A stretch of DNA of 58,760 bases, counting the filler, from Circinaria calcarea (taxonomy: Eukaryota): assembly GCA_051942165.1 (NCBI GenBank). It is 9 parts of 9 records of this genome, joined end to end, with 100 filler letters (N's around TTAATTAATTAA, not from the genome) between each part and the next. Parts side by side here need not be neighbours in the genome. Positions count along the whole stretch, not along the records: positions 45,808 to 52,237 come from JAVECS010001590.1; positions 52,338 to 58,760 come from JAVECS010001591.1; 7 more parts are not named here. One strand, 5' to 3'. The position numbers were made by a program, and so were the translations under genes. The notes under the pieces are model-generated. The model worked only from the letters and a program-made list of their open reading frames with translations, was not told where the DNA came from and made no database searches. How positions within the stretch are numbered: position 1 is the stretch's first letter; each line of letters starts with the position of its first letter. Positions 45,810 through 56,503 of this stretch are shown piece by piece.

Positions 45810-46970
45810 AGTGATTATCTCGATATTTCAGAAGATTTAGTCTCTATTCTCCCTTATGCGTTCGGAGTCGCCTCGGACAACGCAATTACTGCTTTATTAT
45901 ACTCACAAAGAGTGGTTGATACGCTATCGACAATTGGAACGGACGATAACTTTATCAGGAACAGGATCAGGATCAGATCAGCCACCGAGAAGCCGCTGTT
46001 CATGACAGCGCTCGAAGCGCGACAACCCGCAGCTTTCAAGTTCTTCCTACAATACTACGAGAAACAGGACGAGATACTTCGAGACCACCTTAAGGTGGCG
46101 ATCGAACACTCCGATAAAGATATGGTGGTTATGCTTCTCGACGCCGGTATAGATCCATGGGATAGAAAGACTAGCTTGGATTGGAGTCCTCTAGAAACGG
46201 CCGTGAAGTTCGATTCATTGCCAATACTGAACAGTCTCATGAGCATCAAGACCGGGACTACCAATTTTGCAGATGACTATGAGAAAGCGTTGTTGTACGG
46301 AATTAAGCATTGTGGGCAGGAGTTTATCAAGCTACTCTTAACCGCAAATATCCCCACGCCGTTGGATGAAACCGATGCAAGATCGCAATATGTTCATATC
46401 CCCGACAAGGTTGTACTGAGGTCTGCTCTGGAGCAGAGACGACTCGATGGCTTATTCGGCGTCGATGATGTTCAACATCTACTTGTACAACACTCTATGC
46501 TCCCTTCATCCGCAAACAGCGTAGACACATCCTTCGCTTCTCGCAGGAGACGGGAGCATAGCATCTCAAGAATTGACCGGGGGGAACGATCACCCTTGCA
46601 GGGACATGAACTTCCTGCGCCGCACTCATACTTTCAGACGATACCGGACCGCCCCGCCGAATCTTTCCACTCTCGTGGCCTTCTCCTTGACCAAATATGC
46701 AGTCCTGGGAAGGTCAATGTAGTATGTCCTGGAGACTGTATCATTGATGCTGGACAGGATCACGGAGATGTCCCTACAGCCTCCAGCCGATCTTCATATC
46801 AAACCCTTTGGGATGATGCAACTTCGTATCATACAAGGGATACTAGTTTATCCTATCTTACCGATTCAGTTGACCTGGTAAATAACAATGAGTCTAGCAG
46901 TCAATATGAGACAGATATGGAGATATATAATAATAGTGCTAACGATTACCTCCTGTGTATCAACCGATAA
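45810..46970 (+). CDS. Ankyrin-repeat-containing protein, C-terminal fragment
   Basis: Frame open from contig start; degenerate ANK repeats HLKVAIEHSDKDMVVMLLDAGID, SPLETAVKFDSLPILNSLM, ALLYGIKHCGQEFIKLLL. Confidence 0.7.
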   Translation, partial: SDYLDISEDLVSILPYAFGVASDNAITALLYSQRVVDTLSTIGTDDNFIRNRIRIRSATEKPLFMTALEARQPAAFKFFLQYYEKQDEILRDHLKVAIEHSDKDMVVMLLDAGIDPWDRKTSLDWSPLETAVKFDSLPILNSLMSIKTGTTNFADDYEKALLYGIKHCGQEFIKLLLTANIPTPLDETDARSQYVHIPDKVVLRSALEQRRLDGLFGVDDVQHLLVQHSMLPSSANSVDTSFASRRRREHSISRIDRGERSPLQGHELPAPHSYFQTIPDRPAESFHSRGLLLDQICSPGKVNVVCPGDCIIDAGQDHGDVPTASSRSSYQTLWDDATSYHTRDTSLSYLTDSVDLVNNNESSSQYETDMEIYNNSANDYLLCINR

Positions 46971-48328
46971 GCCTGTGGTACTGGCCTTGTATTACTACCA
47001 ACTGCAATACATACAGCCACTAGAGAAGCTGTGGGGAGTCCTCCGGAACAGTTCCATCCTTCGGTTCTTGAGAAGCTTGCAGCTTCGAACTAATAATACG
47101 AATTGTGGTTCGCAATATTAATACGTCCATCTATGATAATGGTGGAACCTTGAGCGATACCTGCGAGACCTGGGGCAGACCTTGTGCAAGGTAAGAAGGC
47201 TTGACGAAATCTCAGATCGTATTCCAAAAAGTGTTCATGATCCGAAGTAAAGCTGACATGTGTCTTTATAGTATGTCGACTGAAATGGCGGTATCCAAGT
47301 AAATTATGCTGATGGCGAGGAGCACCAAACTCTACCGTAAAACACGGGTCTATCATTCAAGCGATCTGACCAGTATCATTTTGGCAAGAGATATAAGCCA
47401 AGGCCCTCGTTCGGAAGCAACAAAGCATGGATGAGAGACCACCCGAGAACTACGAACCCAGGGCTTCTATGGTACAAGGCATTGAACTGCCGAAAGAGAA
47501 CTATCTCGCTTGCACCATTACTGCAGCTTTAGGTTCTCCCGGTGGTGTTAAAAACACCTCCGATCCGTCACAACTCGATATTCATGGCGGTCCAAGCTCG
47601 TATCCATGCATTCCCACAATCAAACTCTACGAGATATGAGTTTTCCAGCGCATGTTACCTATTATACCCGAGCCCTTGGAATTATATACTTGCAGCGAGT
47701 TGTTCGAATATGGCTTACCGAGTCACGTGTGATTTACATATTACGCGAGGTCCATGCTCAACACCTCCGACACATCTTATAAGAGCACTTTTCGCTGCAT
47801 AATTAATGTAGCTATCGCCTAAATCGCAATATATGCATGCCACCACACATGCATGCTGCTTGACACAAGTCCTGTAACCTCCTCCACTCCCTTTATACTA
47901 CCCGCATCCCTCGTACACTCCCATGACTAGCAAACCGAAAACTGGCTTCGTAACGTCAAAGTAATATAAAGTATTACCAAGTTGCAAAGCCATATACCAT
48001 AGTTCTCAAATTTCATTTAGGTTATCATCCCCTCAGATCGCTCCTCAAACTCAGCGTGGTAAACTTGAGTATAGCGGCACGCATCGTGTCCTCCCAACTG
48101 CTCTTTTTGAATCGGTCTTCTCGCTTCATATTAACGCTCCTGCTGATCGATTGTATATTCAAATTAAACGATTAGCTTTATCACATTTTGATTGCCTAAT
48201 CTACTGACAAAAGGTAAGCCTGTTGAGTATATCAAGTGAAGGAAGGATGGATTTCTAATCGTGGGGAAACCCCCGGGGGGATATACTGCTATGGTAACTA
48301 ATGCGCTGAAATCCCCACTATCCCTATT

Positions 48329-48419
48329 TGTAAGGGTGCTAGGATAGGCTAGACTTGTATAAGGGATAGAGGCACTCTGTGGTGCACGATTACCTGGGAC
48401 GTAAGGGGTATCGATTATT
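48329..48419 (+). mobile_element. 5' fragment of the same LTR-like repeat family as the 18498-18811 foldback arms
   Basis: TGTAAGGGTGCTAGGATAGGCTAGACTTGTATAAGGGATAGAGGCACTCTGTGGTGCACGATTACCTGG aligns with both arms. Confidence 0.85.
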
Positions 48420-48450
48420 TGGGGGGTTTGGGCCTTTCTAGTAAGAACAA

Positions 48451-48634
48451 TGTTATACACGGCAGCCCGGCACCGATACTCTAAGCCAGGTGTCGTAAAG
48501 CCCAGGTGGTAGGCATACCTTGTTGGCACAGAATCTAAGCCGGTATATTAGCTAGAAGGGCTCCGCTAGCATAATATAGCTCCGTTGTGGATGTATAATA
48601 GAGCTATATAAAGCCAGGCGGGGGTGGCCTTACA
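48451..48634 (-). mobile_element. Solo LTR (184 bp) with near-perfect 5-bp TSD
   Basis: TG..CA termini (minus strand TGTAAGG..TATAACA), flanked by AACAA / AACGA; internal TTTATATAG. Confidence 0.6.
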
Positions 48635-49789
48635 AACGAGATATCGATTGGCTGAGAGCGTTATTATTCCGGGCCTACCTAACATCCTCCGAGCATGACC
48701 CCCAAAAAAACCCCTCCAATTACTTGGGAGGTTTTTGTGGGTTTTTGTTATGTTAACCTAATGTGATTTAGGCTCGGAATAACAGATATCCGAGGGGTTA
48801 AGCCTAATTAGTCAATATCAAAACTTTAAATTTATTAGCGTGGACCGGGGTCTGTTGCTGCTGAAAGGGGGGGGAAATCACGGGACGCCCGTCGGGGTGG
48901 AAGCTGGCTGCTGAGGGGGCGCTGCTGCTCCCGCTGGTCTATCAGCCCGTTCATTTCAGGGTTGACACCGAAAAGAATACGTGTTGGCGTTAAATTCTGT
49001 ATGTTTGTGGGTGTGTTTCTATTCACGCCTAGCAGTTCACGGTTTCCAGACATTTTACTATTAAATTTAGGCGTATTCACGTCTTTGATCTGTGTATATA
49101 GAGTCTACTTTTATATTTAATTAGTTAATTCCTAATAATTTCTACTTGATAACTTAACGTTGAATCTTGGTGGTAAATATGACTTCATAAGAAGATTAAT
49201 TGCCTTTTTAAGCCAACATAGCATTGCATAGCTCTATTGTAGGTCCACGTCGGAGCTATGTACTACTAGTAAGAATTACATTTTGGTAATGAATTCTATT
49301 GGCTTCCATAACTAACATTCTTATTACAGAAAATACCAAACCCTCCCAATTACTGCCAAAAGTTGTTGCCTGTGTTAATGGTCCCCCGATTGGCATCACG
49401 GTCGAAGGAAGAAAAGGCATTGCAAACGTGGATAGCTAAAGGCACCCACCACCCTAAAGAGCCTCAAGCCATGGTTATTGTTCTTCAAAAGCTTAACTCG
49501 AGATCCCCCCTCGTCGATTCTGATTCAACAGGGATCCGAAGCGCAAGGGAGTCTTAATCAGGAACCTTTAACATTCAGCTCCCTCGTTGAAGATTTTCAG
49601 GCATTTGTCAAGTATCTGTCGAAAGCCGATTTTGACCTTTTCGCGCCGAAAAGCTTTGATGAAGTTCGCCAATGGAACGAGATTTTTAATCTCATTATGG
49701 ACGTTCCTAGCCATGACACGATACTTGAAAGTGGCTTTTTCAATATCGCTCTTGAGTGGCTGACCAATACGCCGGGAGGTGTCAGGTTG

Positions 49790-49885
49790 GGGAGAAGGGA
49801 GGAAAGAAGAGAGGAGAGAAGGGAGGAGAGAAGGGAGGAAAGAAGGGAGGAGGGAAGGGAAGAGGAAAGGGAAGAGGAAAGGGAG
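49790..49885 (+). repeat. Purine-rich ~12-bp tandem repeat (REER-encoding)
   Basis: About 8 degenerate copies of AGRGAGGARAGA, followed by GCAAGCCGG x3 at ~49961. Confidence 0.85.
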
Positions 49886-51376
49886 GTTGGAGATAAATTT
49901 ATCCTCCAGCTCAGGGGTTTTGCGAGATCCGAACCCTGCAAAGGGGAAAGGAGAGCAGGGGCAAGCCGGGCAAGCCGGGAAAGCCGGAAAGGGGAAAAGA
50001 GAAAAGGGGGGTGCGAAGGGAAAGGGAAAGGGGCAGGGGCAACAAAAAGCATAGGTAGATAATCCACAAGCAAACATGGCGTATAATAAAATCCACCACC
50101 GCTAAATTGACCCCCTTTTTTCGTCTCCACATCCCCCCAAAAAAACCCTCGGAACTGAACGAGATGATTTCGCAATGTGATTAAAACATGCCAAAGAAAA
50201 AAAGCACAGCCCAGCTTGATTCATCCACGCTGCGCGAGAAGAAATACAAGTCCGGATGGGGGGAGAAAAAGTACTTCCTTCCCGTGGCGTGAGACAGCAA
50301 TGTGGAACGAGAGGGGGAGCTGGGAATCTGGCAACGGAAAACGGGGGGGGGGGAATGTCCAGTGCGGGCCCTGGAATCTGACCGTCTTGGCGGTCCAGAA
50401 GGTGGATCGCGGCTGAGAGTCCAGTCCAGTCACCCCGGACTGCCAGTACAGTTCGCACAATCAGTCCGTTCAGTAAATACATGGAGAGTTAGATAGCCTC
50501 GGTAATCAACATCGAGGTATAAAAGGGGCGAAAGCGGAATGGCATCAGCCCTATGAGAATGTAGGATTGGGCTGGACTACCAAACTACTGGCGGCGCTGT
50601 CATAGGGGAAATTTTCAGCTACCGTATCCATCGAATATAACACTGGCGAAAAAAGGAAAATTTCGTTGAGATTATGGTAAGGAGGAAGACGCCTAGCAAT
50701 AGGGACAACCAATCTAGCGTATGGAACAGCCGGGCTCGTATGAGGGGTACTGCTTACCAAGTACTGGTAAAGAAAGATGTTTGGTTTTCTCGTGATCATG
50801 CTTAACAAGTAGAAGATCATATGTTTTGCGAGGAGCGGTATTACGATGAACGGTAACGTCACTTCGTGATACGATGTGACAAAGATCTTAGATGGTCACG
50901 CCTAGCACAGTTGAAAAATTCTAGGACTATAAGCAGGACACATGCCTCCCAAAACCCCAGCTTTGTATTACCCAGACCTATAGCAACGTATGTTCCTGAA
51001 CTCTGTTGATATAAAATACAATTGAAGATGTATACTTCTATAAGTATCATTACATTTCTCTTCGATCTGTTTCACGAAGGGGCGGCGCTTTGCGGTGGAG
51101 GACGAGCAAACAATGTTGCAAAAGAGGAACAGATGGGTAAAGAGGAAAATCAAACGTACCCATGCAATAAATCAAAGAGGGTATCAAACTCGCACCACGC
51201 TAATTACTGCTCCAGTAAAGAGGAAAATGTAACACACATGTTTCGTCTAGCCACCGAATCGGCCCTCCCAGCACTAGGAAAATCTCCCTGACTCAAGTAT
51301 CTCATCAAAGATAATAAATGTCAAGATGTACAGTGTTCCATAGATGAGTTCTCATAAAGTGATACCTGTTTCCTAG

Positions 51377-52237
51377 TCACTTGACCTTCCTTGGTGGGTT
51401 TGCTTCGATCCTCACGCACTCCGCCAATTCCGGGTGAGCTTGTGCAAAAGCGGGACCCAAGCTCCAATTATTCAGCTTTCGTAGATGTTGCTCAAACAGA
51501 GGGTTAATCGACATTTCGTCAGACGCCGGGTCGGGTAAGATAGTATCATTGTCGTCGTAAGGCCAGTTGATGGACAGGCTTGTCGTATAGGGTATAAACC
51601 AGTTATCGAATGGGTAGCTGCGGTAGTTGGCCACCATCAAGTCACGTACACGCGGCCACGGTAGATAATCCAACCAAGCAGAATGCGGAGTTGAGAATTG
51701 TAAGGGGGTCGGCCTCATCCATTCCGGAAGGCGGTCGTAATTTTCCCGTGTTGGAGCTACTTGCCAACGCAAGACAACATGCATCGCATAAAGTGAAGCA
51801 ACCTGTTCTGGTAGGGAGGAAAGATCGGGGAATTTACTATGGATGTCAATTAATATCCTCGAGACTGGATGAGAGTATGGGATGCGCTCTGGGCGAAGCA
51901 GACAAGATACATCGAGATCAGCAGGTCCGGCTAGCTCACATGTCGGAACGCCCTCAGAAGCTCGCAATTTCCTCTCTGCAACGAACCCCAAGAGGAGCTC
52001 ATCTAGAGGGCATGTTGGAGGCACATTGTTGATCATTGCCGGATTTGGTGGCAGTGATACATCGTTGAGGATAGGCGTCCTGTAAGCCTGGATTGAGGCC
52101 TGGGGATGCGACGTGGTGAGTGTAATATGAGAATCCGCGGGAAGTGGCGGTCCTCGCCGTCTGTACTCTGGCGCTTGTCCGATAACCGGCAGCTCTTGGC
52201 CTTCATTTCCAAAGAAGCCAAAATCCGCCCTTACTGC
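51377..52237 (-). CDS. DUF3425-domain protein (usually bZIP-associated), 5'-truncated
   Basis: PPTCPLDELLLGF..HPVS..LPEQVA..RWQVAPTRENYDRLPEWMRPTPLQFSTPHSAWLDYLPWPRVRD..SINWPY..FEQHLRKLNNWSLG; frame open to contig end. Confidence 0.85.
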   Translation of the reverse strand, partial: AVRADFGFFGNEGQELPVIGQAPEYRRRGPPLPADSHITLTTSHPQASIQAYRTPILNDVSLPPNPAMINNVPPTCPLDELLLGFVAERKLRASEGVPTCELAGPADLDVSCLLRPERIPYSHPVSRILIDIHSKFPDLSSLPEQVASLYAMHVVLRWQVAPTRENYDRLPEWMRPTPLQFSTPHSAWLDYLPWPRVRDLMVANYRSYPFDNWFIPYTTSLSINWPYDDNDTILPDPASDEMSINPLFEQHLRKLNNWSLGPAFAQAHPELAECVRIEANPPRKVK

Positions 52238-52337
52238 NNNNNNNNNNNNNNNNNNNNNNNNNNNNNNNNNNNNNNNNNNNNTTAATTAATTAANNNNNNN
52301 NNNNNNNNNNNNNNNNNNNNNNNNNNNNNNNNNNNNN
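52238..52337. other. Artificial contig-joining spacer
   Basis: 44 N + TTAATTAATTAA + 44 N. Confidence 0.98.
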
Positions 52338-53421
52338 TAAATTATTAAATTAAAAATAATAAAAACGGGTTTAATAGAGTTAGAAAAATACGGGGCGACG
52401 GCGAAAGAATTAAATTTTATAAAAAATTAATAAAATCCTAAAATAACGGAAATTATAATATTAAAATTTAAATATAAAATAAAAGAATATTAAATTAATA
52501 CTTTCTATAATTTTCTTTAAACGGAAGCTTTTTATAAATAAAAAGTAAGGCAGAAAACTTTTATAAATTTAAATAATAGGTTCGAGGATTTTATTATTTA
52601 ATTCAACGATTTTATATTTTATAATAATTAAAAATATTATAATTAGGCGCTCGAGCAGTATTTATACCTCTAAATTTAATAAATAACAGCGGCGGAAAAA
52701 AACTTTAAGGAATACCCCGCGGAAAAAAAATTTATCGGAAAAAATATAATTTTATTAATTCTATAGAAAAGAATCCTATATATATAAATAAAAGAATAAT
52801 AAATTTAAATTTATTAACGTCTTAAACGCGCATAAAATTTAGAAAAAGAAACAGAAAATGAAACGGAAAAAGAAATTAAAAGCCTAAAATAAAAAATAAT
52901 AATAATATCCCGAGGACGGATGGCTATAACTGCATTTAAGGCGAAAGAGAAAATATCGGTATTTATACGGCTAAAAACCCTTTCGCCGGTTAAACGTATA
53001 TATACCGAGGTCTTTTATATCTTAACACCCAAGCGCAGAACACGCGCACGGAGGAATCTCGCGGAATAAGATATATAGGAGGTCGAGGAGATCGAGGATA
53101 TTAAGGGGAGAGAGGAACAGCATAATAGGCAGTAATTATAACGAGGAAAGGATCGTGGCGGGCGACAGCGGAAGCGTGGAGGGCGGTAGTAAGGTTAAAC
53201 ACATAGATATTAATAATAAACGGAACGATAAAAAGAATAGAGTACTTACTTATATGATTTAGCAGCTTAAAAAGCGCGCATATTGAATGTACAAATACGC
53301 CATATAAATTTATAATGAGGTGTCCAAGTAGCGAAATGGGGTGTCATAATAGCTTAGGGGTGTCCTATTAATAAAGATGGGTGTCTTAGTAGTTGGATGG
53401 GGTGTCAAAATAGACGAGACC
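52338..53421. mobile_element. RIP-degenerated DNA transposon remnant with one repeat-containing terminus (possibly Mutator-like)
   Basis: Very AT-rich and TpA-rich with scarce CpA/TpG but retained CpG; terminal ~105 bp has five G(A/G)GGTGTC-type units, most followed by AARTAG-like sequence, ending AAAATAGACGAGACC. Confidence 0.7.
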
Positions 53422-54036
53422 ATGCTTTGTGCACGTTGTTCGGGATCGACAATGTCCCCCGCTAAGGTAACGCGCGGTTCGGGGTTATTACACTGCAGTA
53501 GCTGCCGAGTAAGCATTAAGCATCCGGCATTAGCGGTGGCCCAGGTAAAGTTAGTACACTGTAAGCCGCTCGGTACCCGCACTTCAGCGTACTAAGGAAA
53601 GAGACGTTTCGGTGAGACATACAAAGAAATACGCTAAATTTCCAGATGGTCCACCCCTAACTTCCAAGTCCGCCCCTTGAACTTCGGCTGTCTTGACCGT
53701 AAACCCTACTGTATATGCTAAGACGCTGGTAGTGCTAGCAGCTGGGTCCACCATCCTCAAGCTGAAATCTTGTTACGGCTGAGATGGTGAGCCTTGTTCG
53801 CCCGTGTCATCTGCCGGGTATGGTAAGACTGGACTAGGAACTAGATCTGGCCTCGATAGAGGACGGGGAAGCTGTCAAGCGATATGAAGCGTTGCCGTTA
53901 GGACTTGAGGAATTCATAATATACATGGCTGAAGCCTCGACTTTTATCATGCCAGTCAATCTCGTCGTTTTTGAATTCTGTCGTTTGCTGCTGCGATTTC
54001 CCTCACTGCTTCGTTTAAGGCCTCGAGTTTCCGGCA

Positions 54037-55819
54037 ATGCACGCGTTTGCACTGTGGTTTCTACCTGCAGCTGCCATCTTATCTGGGTGCGCGGCAGCCC
54101 CAGCCAACAAATCAACAGGACCGACCTGTCGCTACTTGCCAGGGGACCTTCGCTAGCCTAGTCACTCTAAGTGGAAACGAGTGAACGGATCCGTTGGCGG
54201 TAGGCTCATTGTTGGGAAACCTCTGGCTCAGGCTTGCTATGGGTCCGACTACGACTCCGGTGCATGTGCTGAGATTCAGATAGAATCGACTAAACCACCG
54301 ACTTAGTAAGTCCTGCTCTGAAACCAATCTGTGACCTATTCTGCTCATATCAGAATCTTAGCTTCTAGAACCCTGTTAACGTCATGTCGCCCTACTGGTT
54401 GAATAACTCTTGCAGTGCTTTCACGTCTCTGGAGCTAGCCTGTACGCTGGGCAACATTGCCTCTTATGCCGTCAACTTCAACTGCGTAGATGACGCTGCG
54501 GCTGGGCTCAAATTTGTTAAGGAAAATAATATCCGATTCACGGTTAAGAACACTGGCCACGATTTCCTCGGCAGATCCACCGGTAAGGGAGCCTTGGCAC
54601 TATGGACACACAATCTGAAAAACATGTCCTTTTTCAATTACACTAGCCTTAGCTATAATGGCCCCGTTGTCAAGCTGGGCGCTGGTATTCAGTTGTATGA
54701 AGTTAACAAAGCCGCTGTCGACCACGGCCTGCGAGTCACAGGCGGTTTCTGTCCTACCGTCGGCATAGTAGGAGGTTAAGTCCAAGGCGTCGGTCACGGA
54801 CCTCTCGAAGGCATATACGGTCTCGGCGCAAACAACACGCTGGAGTTTGAAGTCGTGACTGCCGACGGCAGGCATCTCGTGGCCACTCCTACGAAGAACT
54901 CGCATCTGTACTGGGCGCTGAACAGCGGAGGTGGAGGCACCTACGCTGTGGTCCTCTCACAAACGACAAAAGCCTATGCTGATGGCCCTGTCGCGGGCGG
55001 ATCAATAAGGTTCAACAACATGAATGATGTCGGGTACTGGTCCGCAGTAGAAGCCTGGCAAAAGCGCCTCCTCGTTTTCGACAATATCGCTGGCTTCAAT
55101 AGCGTCTGGGGCTTCACGAACGAGACATTTGTGCTCTCCTCCGCAAAGTTACCCGGCGCAAACGCATCCACCATGTCCGCGGCCTTGAATCCGTTCATCC
55201 AAGAGCTCGAAAAGCTCAATGTGGTGCATACCTATGAAACGAGCGGTAAATCGACTTATTACGAGCACTTCGCACAGTACACCCCTAATCTGCCGTTCGG
55301 AGACTACTCAACAAACGAGATCATTGGTGGGCGTCTGATCCCACGGTCGGCTGTGCAAAACACTCTGACGGACCTGCTTGCTACCTTCCGCAATATCTCA
55401 AGGGCCAGAACCCACCGATTCAAAATCAACGGCATCGCGTCCAATGTGACCCACACGCGCGTCGGGAACACCTTGGGCTCTAATGCTGTGCTTCCTGCAT
55501 GGCGGGACTCGCTTTATTGGCTGAACATGGACGTCCGCTTCGACCCGGCAGGGACGGTGGAGACGATCCAAGAACTTCAGGCGCAGATGAACGAGAACCA
55601 GGACCAGCTCAAGGTGCTGAATCCAGGGAGCGGAGGGTACATGAACGAGGGCAGGTTTGATAATCCGGATTGGAAAAGGATTACTACGGAGCAAACTATG
55701 GCAGGCTGTTGGACGTCAAGAGGAAGTATGATCTGAACTTCATCTTGTACGGACCTGCGTCTGTTGGGAGCGACTATTGGACTATGGTCTCGGGTAAAAG
55801 GTTATACAAGGCTCACTAG
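54037..55819 (+). pseudogene. Pseudogene of a secreted FAD-linked oxidoreductase (BBE-like/FAD_binding_4)
   Basis: Signal peptide, CRYLPGD..P, KNTGHDFLGRS, CPTVGIVGG, YWALNSGGGGTY, GGYMNEG; in-frame stops at 54154, 54366 and 54777 plus a 1-bp frameshift at ~55677; intron 54306-54361. Confidence 0.9.
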
Positions 55820-56503
55820 AGATGGAAAGGGGTTTATAATAGGGACTGACTCGTTTTACTATATCTAGAACACCGGCTTATTGCCAATTTTTTTTAAATC
55901 ATCAGATCAATTTTATAGGCTATCTTGATATAGTGTGAGAGAATAGAGGTGGAATAGACTTGATTACTATGGTAACTGCTAGTCTATATATATTGATTTG
56001 GTGATCGAAACTGCAGTAGCAAAAAACTCTGCTATGTGTACGTCACGGTGGGTTATTAACCCGCTCCGTACGGTAGTTCCCACGTAGTGCAGAATCCCTA
56101 TTCATGGAAATGTATATGCTTTTTCTTTTTTCTTTTTTTTTCTTTTTTTGGGCGGGGGGGCGACATAGCGAACCTATCGAACTTAAAGAGATACCAAGGT
56201 ATAAATGGAATTAAACACAATATTTAGTATTTTTGAAGTATATCTTATATACTCGACACTTTAAGTGGTAGGCATCATAGTGAAAATTTCCAAGTGCCGC
56301 AAACCATTTATATCCCAATGCTCAAAATAAGACTGGAAGACCACAATGTTAAACAAAGGCTTATTGGCATGCATGGTGTAAAGGTTGTTTGCATTTCTAT
56401 GTGTGCGTGCTCGCCTTTTATGCTATGCAAGGGCCAACACGCCGCTATGTCTAATAGGGTCTACAGGGTGAATTCCAACACAGAACACAGCGGAAGACAG
56501 CTA

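Noticed and set aside
47090..47802. Short ORFs downstream of the ankyrin gene
   Set aside because: No domain signal or consistent exon structure.
6453..52337. Periodic identical repeat suggesting a CRISPR-like array or biological repeat
   Set aside because: N-flanked six-frame stop linker between size-sorted contigs; no cas genes; eukaryotic context.
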